Shown piece by piece: positions 9,839-20,207 of a stretch of 64,000 nucleotides of DNA (positions within the stretch are counted from its first letter, which is position 1; the number at the start of each line of letters is the position of its first letter). The stretch lies in contig NZ_JAYFQD010000010.1 of NCBI RefSeq assembly GCF_034927365.1, positions 160,142 to 224,141 on the forward strand, written 5' to 3'. The translations under genes and the position numbers were made by a program. The stretch comes from Proteiniphilum sp. (GTDB lineage: Bacteria; Bacteroidota; Bacteroidia; Bacteroidales; Dysgonomonadaceae). The notes below the pieces were generated by a model that made no database searches, was not told the DNA's origin, and saw only the letters and a program-made list of their open reading frames with translations.

Positions 9839-10426
9839 TCATCTTCCTCCCAAAAATCCTCCAAGAATATCATTCAGGGGATTTCCATCGCCATCCTTAT
9901 CGAGCGCACTACCCAGGATATCCATGATTCCTCCGGATTTTTTCTGCTGTGCGCCACCTAAAAGACCTCCCAGCAAATCTCCTAAACCACCGGCACCGGT
10001 ATTGGTCTGTCGTTTCTGTTTTCCCAGATAGGCCATTACAATGGGAGCCAGAATAGCCAATAACGGACCTATCTTATTCATACTGATACCACTTTTCTTC
10101 GAAATGCCCTGTTCTATACCGGTGAGGTTGTTCCCAAACACATGGTTTAATATCCCATTGCCATCCTGTTGTAATTCCTGAGTGTGTCCTCCCAGCATGC
10201 TGGAAAGATTATCCAGTAATGAACCATCGTGCTTCGATTCCAATGCGTTGTTCAAGCTTACTGCTCCATCCGGCGATTGTACATTCCTGGTCATACCAGC
10301 CAGTATAGCCGGCACAGCCATATTGACTACACCTAACGCTTCATTTTCATTCATGCCGAGTTGACCGGCAACACTTCTCACGATCGATTGCCCCATCGGG
10401 CTGTTTAATAATTCTGATAGATCCAT
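9839..10426 (-). CDS. DUF937-like glycine-rich protein
   Basis: Repeated LGG / GGLLGG / ILGGFLGG glycine-rich C-terminal half and N-terminal MDLSELLNSPMGQ, as in the DUF937 family. 195 aa. Confidence 0.5.
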   Translation of the reverse strand: MDLSELLNSPMGQSIVRSVAGQLGMNENEALGVVNMAVPAILAGMTRNVQSPDGAVSLNNALESKHDGSLLDNLSSMLGGHTQELQQDGNGILNHVFGNNLTGIEQGISKKSGISMNKIGPLLAILAPIVMAYLGKQKRQTNTGAGGLGDLLGGLLGGAQQKKSGGIMDILGSALDKDGDGNPLNDILGGFLGGR

Positions 10427-10592
10427 TTGGGTGACTAATTAAAAAATAATTTTCCAAATATATATTCATTCAACAATTTCTACGATGTTTAGGTTTTGAT
10501 AATTATAGTAATGAGGAATAAAACCACACATCGGAATCACGCCAAATAAATAATTACTTTTCAACTTTGGATTGCTCACTGTAAAAAAAGCG

Positions 10593-10600
10593 TTATTTTT
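10593..10600 (+). promoter_or_regulatory. Bacteroidetes sigma-A -7 element (TAnnTTTG) upstream of thyA
   Basis: gtTATTTTTGtc lies about 130 bp upstream of the thyA ATG; the Family B array sits between it and the ATG. Confidence 0.3.
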
Positions 10601-10639
10601 GTCTATTCTCAATTTTGGGCTAAATAATTCAATTAAAAA

Positions 10640-10728
10640 TATCTTGATCCATAGCTCCAAAAGTCTTGGTTCTAAAGATCTTGATTCTAAAATTCTTGGC
10701 TCTAACAATCTTGGTTCTAAAAGTCTAT
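10640..10728 (+). repeat. Family B tandem array, about 5 degenerate units, in the thyA leader
   Basis: aaagtcttggttctaaagatcttgattctaaaattcttggctctaacaatcttggttctaaaagtctat ends 4 bp before the thyA ATG. Confidence 0.8.
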
Positions 10729-10732
10729 AAAA

Positions 10733-11527
10733 ATGAAACAATATCTTGATCTTTTGCAACGGGTGCTGGACGAGGGTGTCAAAAAGGAAGACCGCACCGG
10801 CACCGGTACTATCAGTATATTCGGCCATCAGAGTCGTTACAGGATGAGTGATGGATTTCCGGTACTCACCACCAAAAAACTACATCTGAAATCGATTATT
10901 CACGAACTGCTCTGGTTCCTGAACGGCGACACCAATGTAAGGTACCTGAATGAAAACGGTGTACGTATCTGGAATGAATGGGCGGACGAGAAGGGTGACC
11001 TGGGACATATCTACGGATACCAATGGCGCTCATGGCCCGATCATAACGGTGGACACATCGACCAGATAACGGAAGTGATCAACACCATCAGGAATAACCC
11101 CGATTCTCGCCGTATCATCGTCAGTTCGTGGAACGTGGCCGACCTACCCAATATGAACCTCCCTCCTTGTCATGCCTTTTTCCAGTTTTACGTGGCAGAC
11201 GGCAAGCTGAGCCTCCAACTATATCAGCGCAGCGCAGATATCTTCCTGGGAGTACCTTTCAATATCGCTTCCTACGCGCTATTATTGAAAATGATGGCAC
11301 AGGTAACCGGATTGGAAGAAGGCGACTTCATCCACACATTGGGAGATGCCCATATCTATCTCAACCACATGGAGCAGGTGAACTTTCAACTTACGCGTGA
11401 TCCTCGCCCACTGCCTCAGATGAAGATCAATCCTGATATAAAAGATATCTTTGATTTCCGGTTTGAAGATTTCGAACTGACGAATTACGATCCACATCCA
11501 CATATAAAAGGAGAAGTGAGCATATGA
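10733..11527 (+). CDS. thyA: thymidylate synthase
   Basis: MKQYLDLL...[11 protein letters not shown], the active-site Cys in the [13 protein letters not shown] motif, 264 aa. Confidence 0.95.
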   Translation: MKQYLDLLQRVLDEGVKKEDRTGTGTISIFGHQSRYRMSDGFPVLTTKKLHLKSIIHELLWFLNGDTNVRYLNENGVRIWNEWADEKGDLGHIYGYQWRSWPDHNGGHIDQITEVINTIRNNPDSRRIIVSSWNVADLPNMNLPPCHAFFQFYVADGKLSLQLYQRSADIFLGVPFNIASYALLLKMMAQVTGLEEGDFIHTLGDAHIYLNHMEQVNFQLTRDPRPLPQMKINPDIKDIFDFRFEDFELTNYDPHPHIKGEVSI

Positions 11528-12033
11528 CCAGTCAACCCACTCCACAGATTGCCATCATCGTTGCTCTCGACGAGCATAACGGTATCGGGCGTAACGGAGA
11601 ATTGCTTTGTCATCTTCCGGAAGATTTGAAACACTTTAAGCAACTCACCACCGGACACAGCATCATTATGGGAAGGAAGACCTATGAGTCGTTGCCCAAA
11701 GGGGCGCTTCCCAACCGTACCAATATCGTGATCACGTCCGACCTGGCGGAAAACTATCCCGAGTGCATCGTAGTGCGTTCTGTGGAGGAAGCATTGGCGC
11801 ACTGCAAAGACGAAGAGGTTGTTTTTATTATCGGTGGAGGTGAACTCTACCGTTCATCTCTCCATATCGCCGATAAGCTTTATCTAACCCGTATTCATCA
11901 CACTTTTGACGATGCCGACACTTTTTTCCCTATTTTCGATCTAGATAAATGGGAATTAACTCACAATGAGGAACATAAAGCAGACGAAATGCATAATTAT
12001 AACTATTCATTCCTGACTTATTTAAAAAATTGA
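11524..12033 (+). CDS. folA: dihydrofolate reductase
   Basis: [54 protein letters not shown] overlap with thyA. 169 aa. Confidence 0.93.
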   Translation: MTSQPTPQIAIIVALDEHNGIGRNGELLCHLPEDLKHFKQLTTGHSIIMGRKTYESLPKGALPNRTNIVITSDLAENYPECIVVRSVEEALAHCKDEEVVFIIGGGELYRSSLHIADKLYLTRIHHTFDDADTFFPIFDLDKWELTHNEEHKADEMHNYNYSFLTYLKN

Positions 12034-15000
12034 AAAACGTTGATATGAAGAGATTTATCGTTATCCCTTTCGCGTTCATTCTCTCTATCTCCCTATCCGC
12101 TCAAGCACTACAAGAGGAGTCATTAAAACAGAGGATCAACCAATCCCTCACAAATATCTACTATGAGACCATGCTGCGCCCGGGAAAAGTGACGGTAGAC
12201 AGTATTGCATTGAATGAACGGAAAAAGAATGTACAGTTTTATACCAACCTCTCGCTTTCCTATCTCCCGATGCGGGAAAGTACTGTGATGCACATCTATG
12301 ATAGCATACGATATCATTTACCTCCTGCCCAAAAGAAATATCTGATAAGCGTCTTTTCCGATGGACAAGAGATCAGCTATCTGATCCCCAATTATTTTCG
12401 CAGCACGCAAAAAGACAAAAGCCGGATGATAGCACACCGGATAAAGAAACCGCTCGTTTTCAATACCTCTTCTCCTGCAGGCAACTTCGACAAAGGACTC
12501 CAAAACAACCATATTGCTTTATGGCAAAGCCATGGATGGTATTACGAAAAGAAGTTACAGCGATGGGAATGGCAACGGGCTCGTATCTTTCAAACGGTGG
12601 AAGATCTCTACACGCAGAGTTACGTGCTACCGTTCCTTGTACCGATGCTCGAAAATGCGGGCGCCAATATACTGATGCCACGCGAACGGGACTACACCAA
12701 AACGGAACTGATCATCGACAATGACGGCTGCACAAAAGTAGATAGTTCCAATCGTCCCGGCAAAGATGATCACTCACGATACGTAGAAATCAATGGGAAA
12801 GAGATGTGGCAGACTTCCGATTCCCCGGGATTTGCCAATTCCAAAGAATTTTATGTCGACGGTGAAAACCCGTTCAGAATGGGAACCATCCGGCAAATCA
12901 AGACTGTAAAGCGTGGAGAAGAGAGCATCGCCGAATGGCATCCCGATATACCGGAAAAAGGAAGATATGGTATATATGTTTCTTATCAGTCGTCAAAGAA
13001 CAGTAGTGATGATGCACTCTATAGCGTATATCATCTGGGAGGGAAAACCGATTTCCGGGTCAACCAGCAGATGGGGGGTGGTACCTGGATATTTCTCGGA
13101 TATTTTGATTTTGACGAAGGAAACAATCATAAGGTAACACTTTCTAACAAAAGTAATCATAGCGGCAAGATCATCACTGCTGATGCGGTAAAGATAGGGG
13201 GTGGAATGGGTAATATCGCACGTCCTTACACGGATAATTCGAAAAAGGAAGAAGATACATCGTCTTCGAAAATCAATCATTTTCCGGAGATTAGCGGTTA
13301 TCCACGTTATACCGAAGGGGCACGCTACTGGATGCAATGGGCGGGGGTACCCGATTCAATTTACAACCGCTTTAAGGATGATTACACCGACGATTACGCC
13401 GGTCGCGGTCCATGGGTCAACTGGCTGGCAGGAGGTTCCCAGGTACTACCTAAAGAAAATGGTCTCAATATTCCTGTTGATCTGGCTTTCGCTTTTCACA
13501 CCGATGCCGGCACCTTCTGGGGAGATAACATAGTGGGTACGCTCGGTATCTACATGACGCACTTTAACGATGAATTGTTCGAAAACAGAAAGTCGAGATG
13601 GGCTTCACGTGACCTTTCCGAACTGGTGATGGATGAGATCGTGAACGATATAAGACGGGAGTTTGAACCCGAATGGACTCGTCGCCATCTCTGGAACCGT
13701 TCTTATGCTGAAGCAAGAACGCCCAACGTACCGACCATGCTGCTGGAACTGTTATCCCATCAGAACTTCGCAGATATGCGCTACGGACTGGATCCATCTT
13801 TCCGCTTCACTGTGAGCCGTTCCATCTATAAAGCAATGCTTCGCTTCCTGGCAAGTCAATACAATCGCCCCTATGTAGTTCAACCGCTCCCTGTAAAAGA
13901 GTTCTGTGCTCGCTTTTCGGGCGATACGCAAATAGAATTGAAATGGGAGCCCTCACCCGATCCGGCAGAACCATCGGCAGCCCCTACCCGATATATCGTC
14001 TACACACGCCTCAACGAGGGAGGCTTTGATAACGGCGTTACCGTGAGCAGCAATAACTATACAACATCGATACAAAAAGACATTATCTACAGTTTTAAGG
14101 TGGTTGCAGTGAATGACGGTGGTATCAGCTTTCCGTCTGAAATCCTGTCTTTATGCCGTAAGAGCGAACAAAAAGGGGAAGTGTTGATTGTAAACGGATT
14201 TACGCGGATTTCTGCCCCATTCAGTTTTACAACCTCGGAAGACAGTATCGCCGGTTTTGCAGGGAATGTGGATAATGGGGTTCCTTATATTGCCGACCAC
14301 CATTTCATAGGACAGATGCAGGAGTTCCGTCGTGTAATCCCCTGGATGGACGATGACTCGTCGGGCTTTGGCGACAGTGGTGCTAACTACGAAACTACTG
14401 CTATTGCAGGGAATACATTCGACTATCCCTTCATTCATGGACAAGCTTTCGCTGAAGCGGGATATTCCTTCGTTTCTTCTTCTGCTGAAGCAGTTGAAAA
14501 TAATAGTATATCTTTACAGTCCTACACAATCGTGGACTGGATATTGGGAAAACAACGGGAGTGGTCACTTGCACGAGGAGCAAAACCACCACGTTTCAAA
14601 ACTTTTACCAAAGCCAATCAGGAGGCAATCACCCATTACTGTAATAACGGCGGGAAGATTATCATCAGCGGCGCTTTTGTAGGAACCGACCTGTGGGATA
14701 ATCCTTACGCCACTGTAGAAGACAGGGAATGGGCACAAAACATACTAAAATACAAATGGCGCAACAATCACGGAGCTGTGACCGGACAAATCAAAGCTAT
14801 CGCTTCGCCTTTCCCTTCGGTTCAGGGAAACTGGAGCTATTACAATACGTTGAACAGTGAAAGTTATGTGGTAGAATACCCTGATGCCATTGAACCGGCA
14901 CACGAAAATGCCTTCACCGTCTTCCGCTATTCCGAGAATAATCTGAGTGGAGGCGTCATTTACAAAGGAGAAAAATATAGCACCGCCATTCTGGGATTTC

Positions 15001-15074
15001 CCATTGAAGCGGTAAAAGGCAAAGACGACCGGAATAAACTAGTAAAAGGTTTGCTGGAAGCTCTGACAGATTAG
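12030..15074 (+). CDS. large secreted N-acetylmuramoyl-L-alanine amidase (amidase_3-like) domain protein with an Fn3 domain
   Basis: Signal peptide. AFAFHTDAG matches the amidase_3 SIHADA Zn-ligand motif and MLLELLSHQNFAD matches the VLVE.GF.SN..D motif. An Fn3-like segment (ELKWEPSPDP...YIVYTR...YSFKVVAVNDGG) is visible. ATGA overlap with the folA stop. 1014 aa. Confidence 0.6.
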   Translation: MKNVDMKRFIVIPFAFILSISLSAQALQEESLKQRINQSLTNIYYETMLRPGKVTVDSIALNERKKNVQFYTNLSLSYLPMRESTVMHIYDSIRYHLPPAQKKYLISVFSDGQEISYLIPNYFRSTQKDKSRMIAHRIKKPLVFNTSSPAGNFDKGLQNNHIALWQSHGWYYEKKLQRWEWQRARIFQTVEDLYTQSYVLPFLVPMLENAGANILMPRERDYTKTELIIDNDGCTKVDSSNRPGKDDHSRYVEINGKEMWQTSDSPGFANSKEFYVDGENPFRMGTIRQIKTVKRGEESIAEWHPDIPEKGRYGIYVSYQSSKNSSDDALYSVYHLGGKTDFRVNQQMGGGTWIFLGYFDFDEGNNHKVTLSNKSNHSGKIITADAVKIGGGMGNIARPYTDNSKKEEDTSSSKINHFPEISGYPRYTEGARYWMQWAGVPDSIYNRFKDDYTDDYAGRGPWVNWLAGGSQVLPKENGLNIPVDLAFAFHTDAGTFWGDNIVGTLGIYMTHFNDELFENRKSRWASRDLSELVMDEIVNDIRREFEPEWTRRHLWNRSYAEARTPNVPTMLLELLSHQNFADMRYGLDPSFRFTVSRSIYKAMLRFLASQYNRPYVVQPLPVKEFCARFSGDTQIELKWEPSPDPAEPSAAPTRYIVYTRLNEGGFDNGVTVSSNNYTTSIQKDIIYSFKVVAVNDGGISFPSEILSLCRKSEQKGEVLIVNGFTRISAPFSFTTSEDSIAGFAGNVDNGVPYIADHHFIGQMQEFRRVIPWMDDDSSGFGDSGANYETTAIAGNTFDYPFIHGQAFAEAGYSFVSSSAEAVENNSISLQSYTIVDWILGKQREWSLARGAKPPRFKTFTKANQEAITHYCNNGGKIIISGAFVGTDLWDNPYATVEDREWAQNILKYKWRNNHGAVTGQIKAIASPFPSVQGNWSYYNTLNSESYVVEYPDAIEPAHENAFTVFRYSENNLSGGVIYKGEKYSTAILGFPIEAVKGKDDRNKLVKGLLEALTD

Positions 15075-15078
15075 TTGA

Positions 15079-15168
15079 TGTACCAATGTGACTAATGTGC
15101 CAATATGCCAATGTGCCAATATGCCAATGTGACTAATGTGCCAATGTGCCAATGAGATTAATGTGACT
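15079..15168 (-). repeat. Family A 8-bp tandem array, RTGCCAAT orientation, about 10 units, some degenerate to ATGTGACT
   Basis: atgtaccaatgtgactaatgtgccaatatgccaatgtgccaatatgccaatgtgactaatgtgccaatgtgccaatgagattaatgtgact begins 5 bp after the amidase-domain gene stop. Confidence 0.85.
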
Positions 15169-15251
15169 AATACGATAAACGGGAACAAGTTGTGCCAATG
15201 TATTGATACGGTAATTCGACTATGTAACAATAAGATAATTAAAAAATTATT

Positions 15252-16709
15252 ATGAGAACAATAAATGCTTTTATCCTGTTTACAGAGCGGGAACAGGCTA
15301 AAAAGACAGTAGAAGAACTGAGACAATCGGTATTGATACAAAACATTTATCTGCTTACTCCGGATGAGAACTCCACTATATTGGAAGGATGTGAAAAGAT
15401 CATTATCGACAGATTACAAAGTTCGGAGACCGTCAGGAAAATAGCGAATAAGTCGACTGCCGACTACACGCTAATCTACCAGAAACCGTCCGTATTGAAG
15501 CCGGGCTATTTTGCTCTTGAACGGATGATACGCATAGCTGAAGATACACAAGCCGGAATGGTTTATGCCGATTATTACGCCATCATCGACGGTGATAAAA
15601 AGAATAACCCTGTCGTCGATTATCAGGAAGGTAGCCTACGTGATGATTTCAATTTCGGCTCATTATTGCTTTACAGTTCAGTTGCATTGAAAGAGGCGGC
15701 TGCCAAAATGAACGAGCACTATCAGTTTGCGGGGCTATACGACCTGCGCCTTAAAGTATCGCAACATTATCCCCTGGTACATATCAATGAATATCTCTAT
15801 ACGGAGATTGAAGAAGACAAACGGGTATCGGGAGAAAAGATATTCGATTATGTAGATCCCAAAAACCGTCAGGTACAGATCGAAATGGAGCAGGCCTGCA
15901 CACAACATCTGAAAGAGGTAGGAGCCTACCTGGCACCACAATTCGAAGAGATTGAATTCAATAAGGAGCAGTTCGAATACGAAGCATCGGTAATCATTCC
16001 GGTACGCAACCGTGTAAAAACCATTAAAGATGCTATCATTTCGGTATTGAAACAAAAGGTAAGTTTTCCATTTAATCTTATTGTGGTAGATAACCATTCT
16101 ACCGACGGTACTACAGAGGCTATCGACGAATTCAAAAATGACGGACGGCTATTACATCTCATTCCTGAAAGGGACGATCTGGGCATAGGGGGATGTTGGA
16201 ATATGGGGGTACATCATCCGAAATGTGGTAAGTTCGCCATACAACTCGATAGCGACGATATCTACAGCGGGAAAGATACGCTGCAAAAGATTGTCGATGC
16301 TTTCTACGAACAGCAATGTGCCATGGTAGTCGGTACCTACAGGATGACCAACTTCGATATGGAAGAGATTCCACCGGGCATTATTGATCATCGCGAATGG
16401 ACACCCGATAACGGACGCAACAACGCACTGCGTATCAATGGACTGGGTGCACCCCGTGCATTCTATACACCGGTATTGCGTAACATCAAAGTACCTAATA
16501 CCAGCTATGGTGAAGATTATGCTTTGGGATTAAATATCTCACGACGTTTCCAGATTGGTCGTATATACGATGTGCTTTATCTCTGTCGCCGTTGGGAGGA
16601 TAATAGCGATGCATCACTCGATATAGTGAAGATGAATGCGCACAATCTTTATAAAGACAGGATCAGGACATGGGAGTTACAGGCGCGAAAGAAAATCGGT
16701 AAAGAGTGA
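15252..16709 (+). CDS. family 2 glycosyltransferase with an N-terminal GT-A-like, probably degenerate, domain
   Basis: C-terminal half ASVIIPVRNRVKTIKDAIISVL...LIVVDNHSTDGTTEAI...QLDSDD is classic GT2. The N-terminal 230 aa also looks GT-A-like but lacks a clear DxD. Confidence 0.75.
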   Translation: MRTINAFILFTEREQAKKTVEELRQSVLIQNIYLLTPDENSTILEGCEKIIIDRLQSSETVRKIANKSTADYTLIYQKPSVLKPGYFALERMIRIAEDTQAGMVYADYYAIIDGDKKNNPVVDYQEGSLRDDFNFGSLLLYSSVALKEAAAKMNEHYQFAGLYDLRLKVSQHYPLVHINEYLYTEIEEDKRVSGEKIFDYVDPKNRQVQIEMEQACTQHLKEVGAYLAPQFEEIEFNKEQFEYEASVIIPVRNRVKTIKDAIISVLKQKVSFPFNLIVVDNHSTDGTTEAIDEFKNDGRLLHLIPERDDLGIGGCWNMGVHHPKCGKFAIQLDSDDIYSGKDTLQKIVDAFYEQQCAMVVGTYRMTNFDMEEIPPGIIDHREWTPDNGRNNALRINGLGAPRAFYTPVLRNIKVPNTSYGEDYALGLNISRRFQIGRIYDVLYLCRRWEDNSDASLDIVKMNAHNLYKDRIRTWELQARKKIGKE

Positions 16710-16730
16710 AACACTAAAATAAGCCACAAA

Positions 16731-18053
16731 ATGAACGAGCCGCTGATTCACGTAGGCATATTATTACAACAGCCAAAGATCGATTTTTCGTTGCCTGACA
16801 GCTATACATTGAACGGGATGGAAGTAGAGCCAGGCGATTATTCGGTTGAAATCTCGGGAAGAAAGATTCTTTTCAACGGAGAGATATTCGAAGAACTCCT
16901 GTTTGAAGCCGATAATCTGCACACCAATGCTTTCGAACTGAAAAACGTGATTATTGGCGTACAATTCCACTGGGAACGGAAAGAGGATCAACGCTTTCCG
17001 GGTAACTTGAAATTCATTGTGGAGGACAACAGTATCTCGGCAATCAACATAGTATCATTGGAGGATTATCTCATCAGCGTTATCTCATCCGAAATGAGCG
17101 CTACAAGTTCCGAAGAGCTGTTGAAGGCACATGCGGTCATTTCCCGGAGTTGGCTTCTGGCACAAATCCGAAAAAGTCAATCCCTTGAAAAATCCGAAAA
17201 GGAATATTGCTCCTCTTTCGAAACACCTACCGAAATATTCCGGTGGTACGACCGTGAAAATCACGACCGGTTTGATGTATGTGCCGACGACCATTGCCAG
17301 CGCTATCAGGGGATTACCCGCCAATCCACGGATCTGGTCAAAAAAGTGATTCAGGAAACACGTGGAGAAGTACTTTCATATGACGGCGCCATCTGCGACA
17401 CCCGTTTCTCGAAATGTTGCGGGGGAGTGATGGAAACCTTCGAGAATGTATGGGAACCTGTAATGCATCCCTATCTTCAGGCAAAACCCGATTATCCTGA
17501 AGATTCACTCCTACCCGACCTGACGGTGGAAGAAAATGCGGAAGAATGGATTCGTAGCTCACCTCCCGCATTCTGCAACACCGAGGATAAAAATGTATTA
17601 AAGCAGGTACTAAATGATTATGATCAGGAAACGCCTAATTTCTATCGTTGGAAAATTACCTATTCACAGTCAGCGTTATCCTCTCTAATCAGACAACGTT
17701 CCGGGATCGATTTCGGTGAGATTATTGCCCTCCAACCGTTGGAAAGAGGTACCTCCGGCCGCATTATCCGGATGAAGATTATCGGTACGGAAAAAGTGAT
17801 GACAATTGGAAAAGAGCTGGAGATACGGCGTACCTTATCGAAGTCGCACCTTTACAGTTCCGCATTCGTAATAGATACACAAGACGAAGATGAGAACGGT
17901 ATTCCACAAACATTCACCCTCACCGGTGCAGGATGGGGGCATGGCGTGGGACTGTGCCAGATAGGTGCAGCAATTATGTCGGAAAAAGGATACAGATATC
18001 ATGATATACTGGCGCATTATTACCCGGATTCTAAGATAATTACTAATTATTAA
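16731..18053 (+). CDS. SpoIID/LytB domain protein (putative lytic transglycosylase / amidase enhancer)
   Basis: HAVISRSWLL...FDVCADDHCQRYQG and ...GWGHGVGLCQIGA signatures of the SpoIID/LytB family. 440 aa. Confidence 0.7.
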   Translation: MNEPLIHVGILLQQPKIDFSLPDSYTLNGMEVEPGDYSVEISGRKILFNGEIFEELLFEADNLHTNAFELKNVIIGVQFHWERKEDQRFPGNLKFIVEDNSISAINIVSLEDYLISVISSEMSATSSEELLKAHAVISRSWLLAQIRKSQSLEKSEKEYCSSFETPTEIFRWYDRENHDRFDVCADDHCQRYQGITRQSTDLVKKVIQETRGEVLSYDGAICDTRFSKCCGGVMETFENVWEPVMHPYLQAKPDYPEDSLLPDLTVEENAEEWIRSSPPAFCNTEDKNVLKQVLNDYDQETPNFYRWKITYSQSALSSLIRQRSGIDFGEIIALQPLERGTSGRIIRMKIIGTEKVMTIGKELEIRRTLSKSHLYSSAFVIDTQDEDENGIPQTFTLTGAGWGHGVGLCQIGAAIMSEKGYRYHDILAHYYPDSKIITNY

Positions 18054-18058
18054 TTAAA

Positions 18059-19909
18059 ATGAAAACAACACGTAATCCCTGGGCATGGATCCCTACTTTG
18101 TACTTTGCCGAAGGTTTACCTTACGTAGCAGTAATGGTTATTTCTGTCGTTATGTACAAACGGTTCGGATTATCCAATACCGAAATAGCCCTCTATACCA
18201 GTTGGCTCTACCTTCCCTGGGTCATCAAGCCCTTCTGGAGCCCCTTCGTCGATATCCTGAAAACCAAACGGTGGTGGATTATATCCATGCAGCTACTGAT
18301 AGGTGCGGGATTCGCCGGTATCGCCTTTACCCTGCCCGCTCCTTTCTTCCTGCAGGCGTCACTCGCTTTCTTCTGGCTGATGGCTTTCAGCTCCGCCACA
18401 CACGATATCGCTGCCGATGGCTTTTATATGCTCGCACTGGACGAATCACAGCAATCGTTCTTCGTCGGCATACGCAGCACGTTCTATCGCCTGGCATCCA
18501 TTACAGGACAAGGATTATTAATTATCCTGGCAGGTAGCCTGGAAGTTGTGACGGGATTAGAACCTGTGAATATTCAAGTGAATTCATCCAATTCCTTACA
18601 AACCGAAACTCAATATCAAACTGTATCTAATCCGGCAAATGAGAAGTTGACTTTCGTATTATCAACAGAGAACTTAATCATCAATACCAATAAAATATCA
18701 TCTGATTCTCTGCATAAAATAAAAACAGATACTCATGAAAGTAACGTTGCGGCTGGTTTTGTTTCGGAAAATAAAGAAAATCCTTTCCAAAGACAGGAAA
18801 AGAAAACATGGTGGTCTGAAAATGTTTCGGAGCCGCTGGGAGAGTATCTTAAAACTCGTTTTGGAGAAAAGAGAACCAATCTTACACAAATCGAATCATC
18901 CGGATTAGTCGGTAATGCGGGTATCATTGCAATAAGCTTAAACAGGCCGCCAGAGAAAGGAAAAGATATCGTAATCAATACAGCCCTCTCCAAAGGGAAT
19001 AAAAATTTTTCACTTGTGGAAGGCGAGCGACTCGTTTTTAATTCGGAGAACTGGAACAAGCCTGCCTATATGGTCATTCAATTGGATTCGAAGTTGGATG
19101 AGGAAGCCGTATCCCACTTCAAAGGGACATCAGGTAATATACCCTTTGCATGGAGCATCACGTTCTTTATTATGGCAGGGTTATTCATCGCTTTCTTTGT
19201 CTGGCACCGCTTTATGCTACCCTATCCGGCTAATGACATGGGAAAAACGGTACATACCCCGAAAGAAGTGATGGTAGAGTTTGGAAATACCTTCAGAACT
19301 TTTTTTACGAAAAAAGGGATCGGGCTGGCAATCGCCTTTATGCTACTCTACCGGCTGGCCGAAGCTATGTTGATAAAACTCACCTATCCTTTCCTTCTTG
19401 ACGGACGGGAAGTAGGCGGATTGGGATTAAGCACACAGGATGCAGGGATAGCGTATGGCACTGTCGGTGTAATAGCTCTTACATTAGGTGGTATTGTGGG
19501 CGGGATCGTAGCTTCCCGTAAAGGACTAAAATACTGGATCTGGCCTATGGCACTGGCCATCACACTCCCGAATCTGGTCTATCTCTTACTGGCAATATAC
19601 CAGCCGGAGAATTTCATTTGGGTTAATATCGGAGTGGCCATCGAACAATTTGGTTATGGCTTCGGATTCACCGCCTATATGCTTTTTCTGATCTATTTCT
19701 CTCAAGGTGAACATAAGACAGCCCATTACTCCATCTGCACGGGGTTCATGGCTTTGGGGATGATGCTTCCGGGCATGATTGCCGGATGGATACAGGAACA
19801 ACTCGGCTATGTGAATTTCTTCATATTTATCGTGATTGCTATTATTCCAACCTTGTTACTCATTCCTTTTCTGAAAATTGACAAGGATTTTGGGAAAGTG
19901 AAGAGGTAA
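18059..19909 (+). CDS. ampG: AmpG-family MFS muropeptide permease with a roughly 200-aa central insertion
   Basis: N-terminus WAWIPTLYFAEGLPYVAVMVISVVMYKRFGLSNTEIALYTSWLYLPWVIKPFWSPFVDI matches the AmpG/PAT family. 12 or more TM segments. A hydrophilic segment at about aa 165-365 lies between the two 6-TM halves. 616 aa. Confidence 0.75.
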   Translation: MKTTRNPWAWIPTLYFAEGLPYVAVMVISVVMYKRFGLSNTEIALYTSWLYLPWVIKPFWSPFVDILKTKRWWIISMQLLIGAGFAGIAFTLPAPFFLQASLAFFWLMAFSSATHDIAADGFYMLALDESQQSFFVGIRSTFYRLASITGQGLLIILAGSLEVVTGLEPVNIQVNSSNSLQTETQYQTVSNPANEKLTFVLSTENLIINTNKISSDSLHKIKTDTHESNVAAGFVSENKENPFQRQEKKTWWSENVSEPLGEYLKTRFGEKRTNLTQIESSGLVGNAGIIAISLNRPPEKGKDIVINTALSKGNKNFSLVEGERLVFNSENWNKPAYMVIQLDSKLDEEAVSHFKGTSGNIPFAWSITFFIMAGLFIAFFVWHRFMLPYPANDMGKTVHTPKEVMVEFGNTFRTFFTKKGIGLAIAFMLLYRLAEAMLIKLTYPFLLDGREVGGLGLSTQDAGIAYGTVGVIALTLGGIVGGIVASRKGLKYWIWPMALAITLPNLVYLLLAIYQPENFIWVNIGVAIEQFGYGFGFTAYMLFLIYFSQGEHKTAHYSICTGFMALGMMLPGMIAGWIQEQLGYVNFFIFIVIAIIPTLLLIPFLKIDKDFGKVKR

Positions 19910-19975
19910 TGTGCCAATGTGCCAATATGCCAATATGCCAATATGCCAATATGCCAATGTGCCAATATGATAATG
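19908..19975 (-). repeat. Family A 8-bp tandem array, RTGCCAAT orientation, about 8 units
   Basis: aatgtgccaatgtgccaatatgccaatatgccaatatgccaatatgccaatgtgccaatatgataatgtatt starts inside the ampG stop codon. Confidence 0.9.
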
Positions 19976-19984
19976 TATTAAATT

Positions 19985-20028
19985 GTTGATTGGAATTGAT
20001 TGATATGAATTGATTGATATGAATTGAA
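19985..20028 (+). repeat. local tandem repeat, unit TGAATTGATTGATA, about 3 copies
   Basis: ttgattggaattgattgatatgaattgattgatatgaattgaa. Confidence 0.7.
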
Positions 20029-20062
20029 CGCCAAATTCCAAATCAAAAATCTCAAATATAAA

Positions 20063-20207
20063 AAGTCTTGACTCCTGACTCTAATTGTCCTGGCTCTAAA
20101 AGTCTAAAAATCTTGGCTCTAAAAGTCTTGGTTCTAATAGTCTAATAGTCTTGGTTCTAATAGTCTAAAAATCTTGGCTCTAAAAGTCTAACAGTCTTGG
20201 TTCTAAA
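20063..20207 (+). repeat. Family B tandem array, about 10 units, filling the namZ leader
   Basis: aagtcttgactcctgactctaattgtcctggctctaaaagtctaaaaatcttggctctaaaagtcttggttctaatagtctaatagtcttggttctaatagtctaaaaatcttggctctaaaagtctaacagtcttggttctaaat ends 10 bp before the namZ ATG. Confidence 0.9.

Noticed and set aside
18085-18537. 150-aa ORF (+) overlapping the ampG start
   Set aside because: Out-of-frame overlap with the strongly supported AmpG N-terminus; Arg-rich composition.
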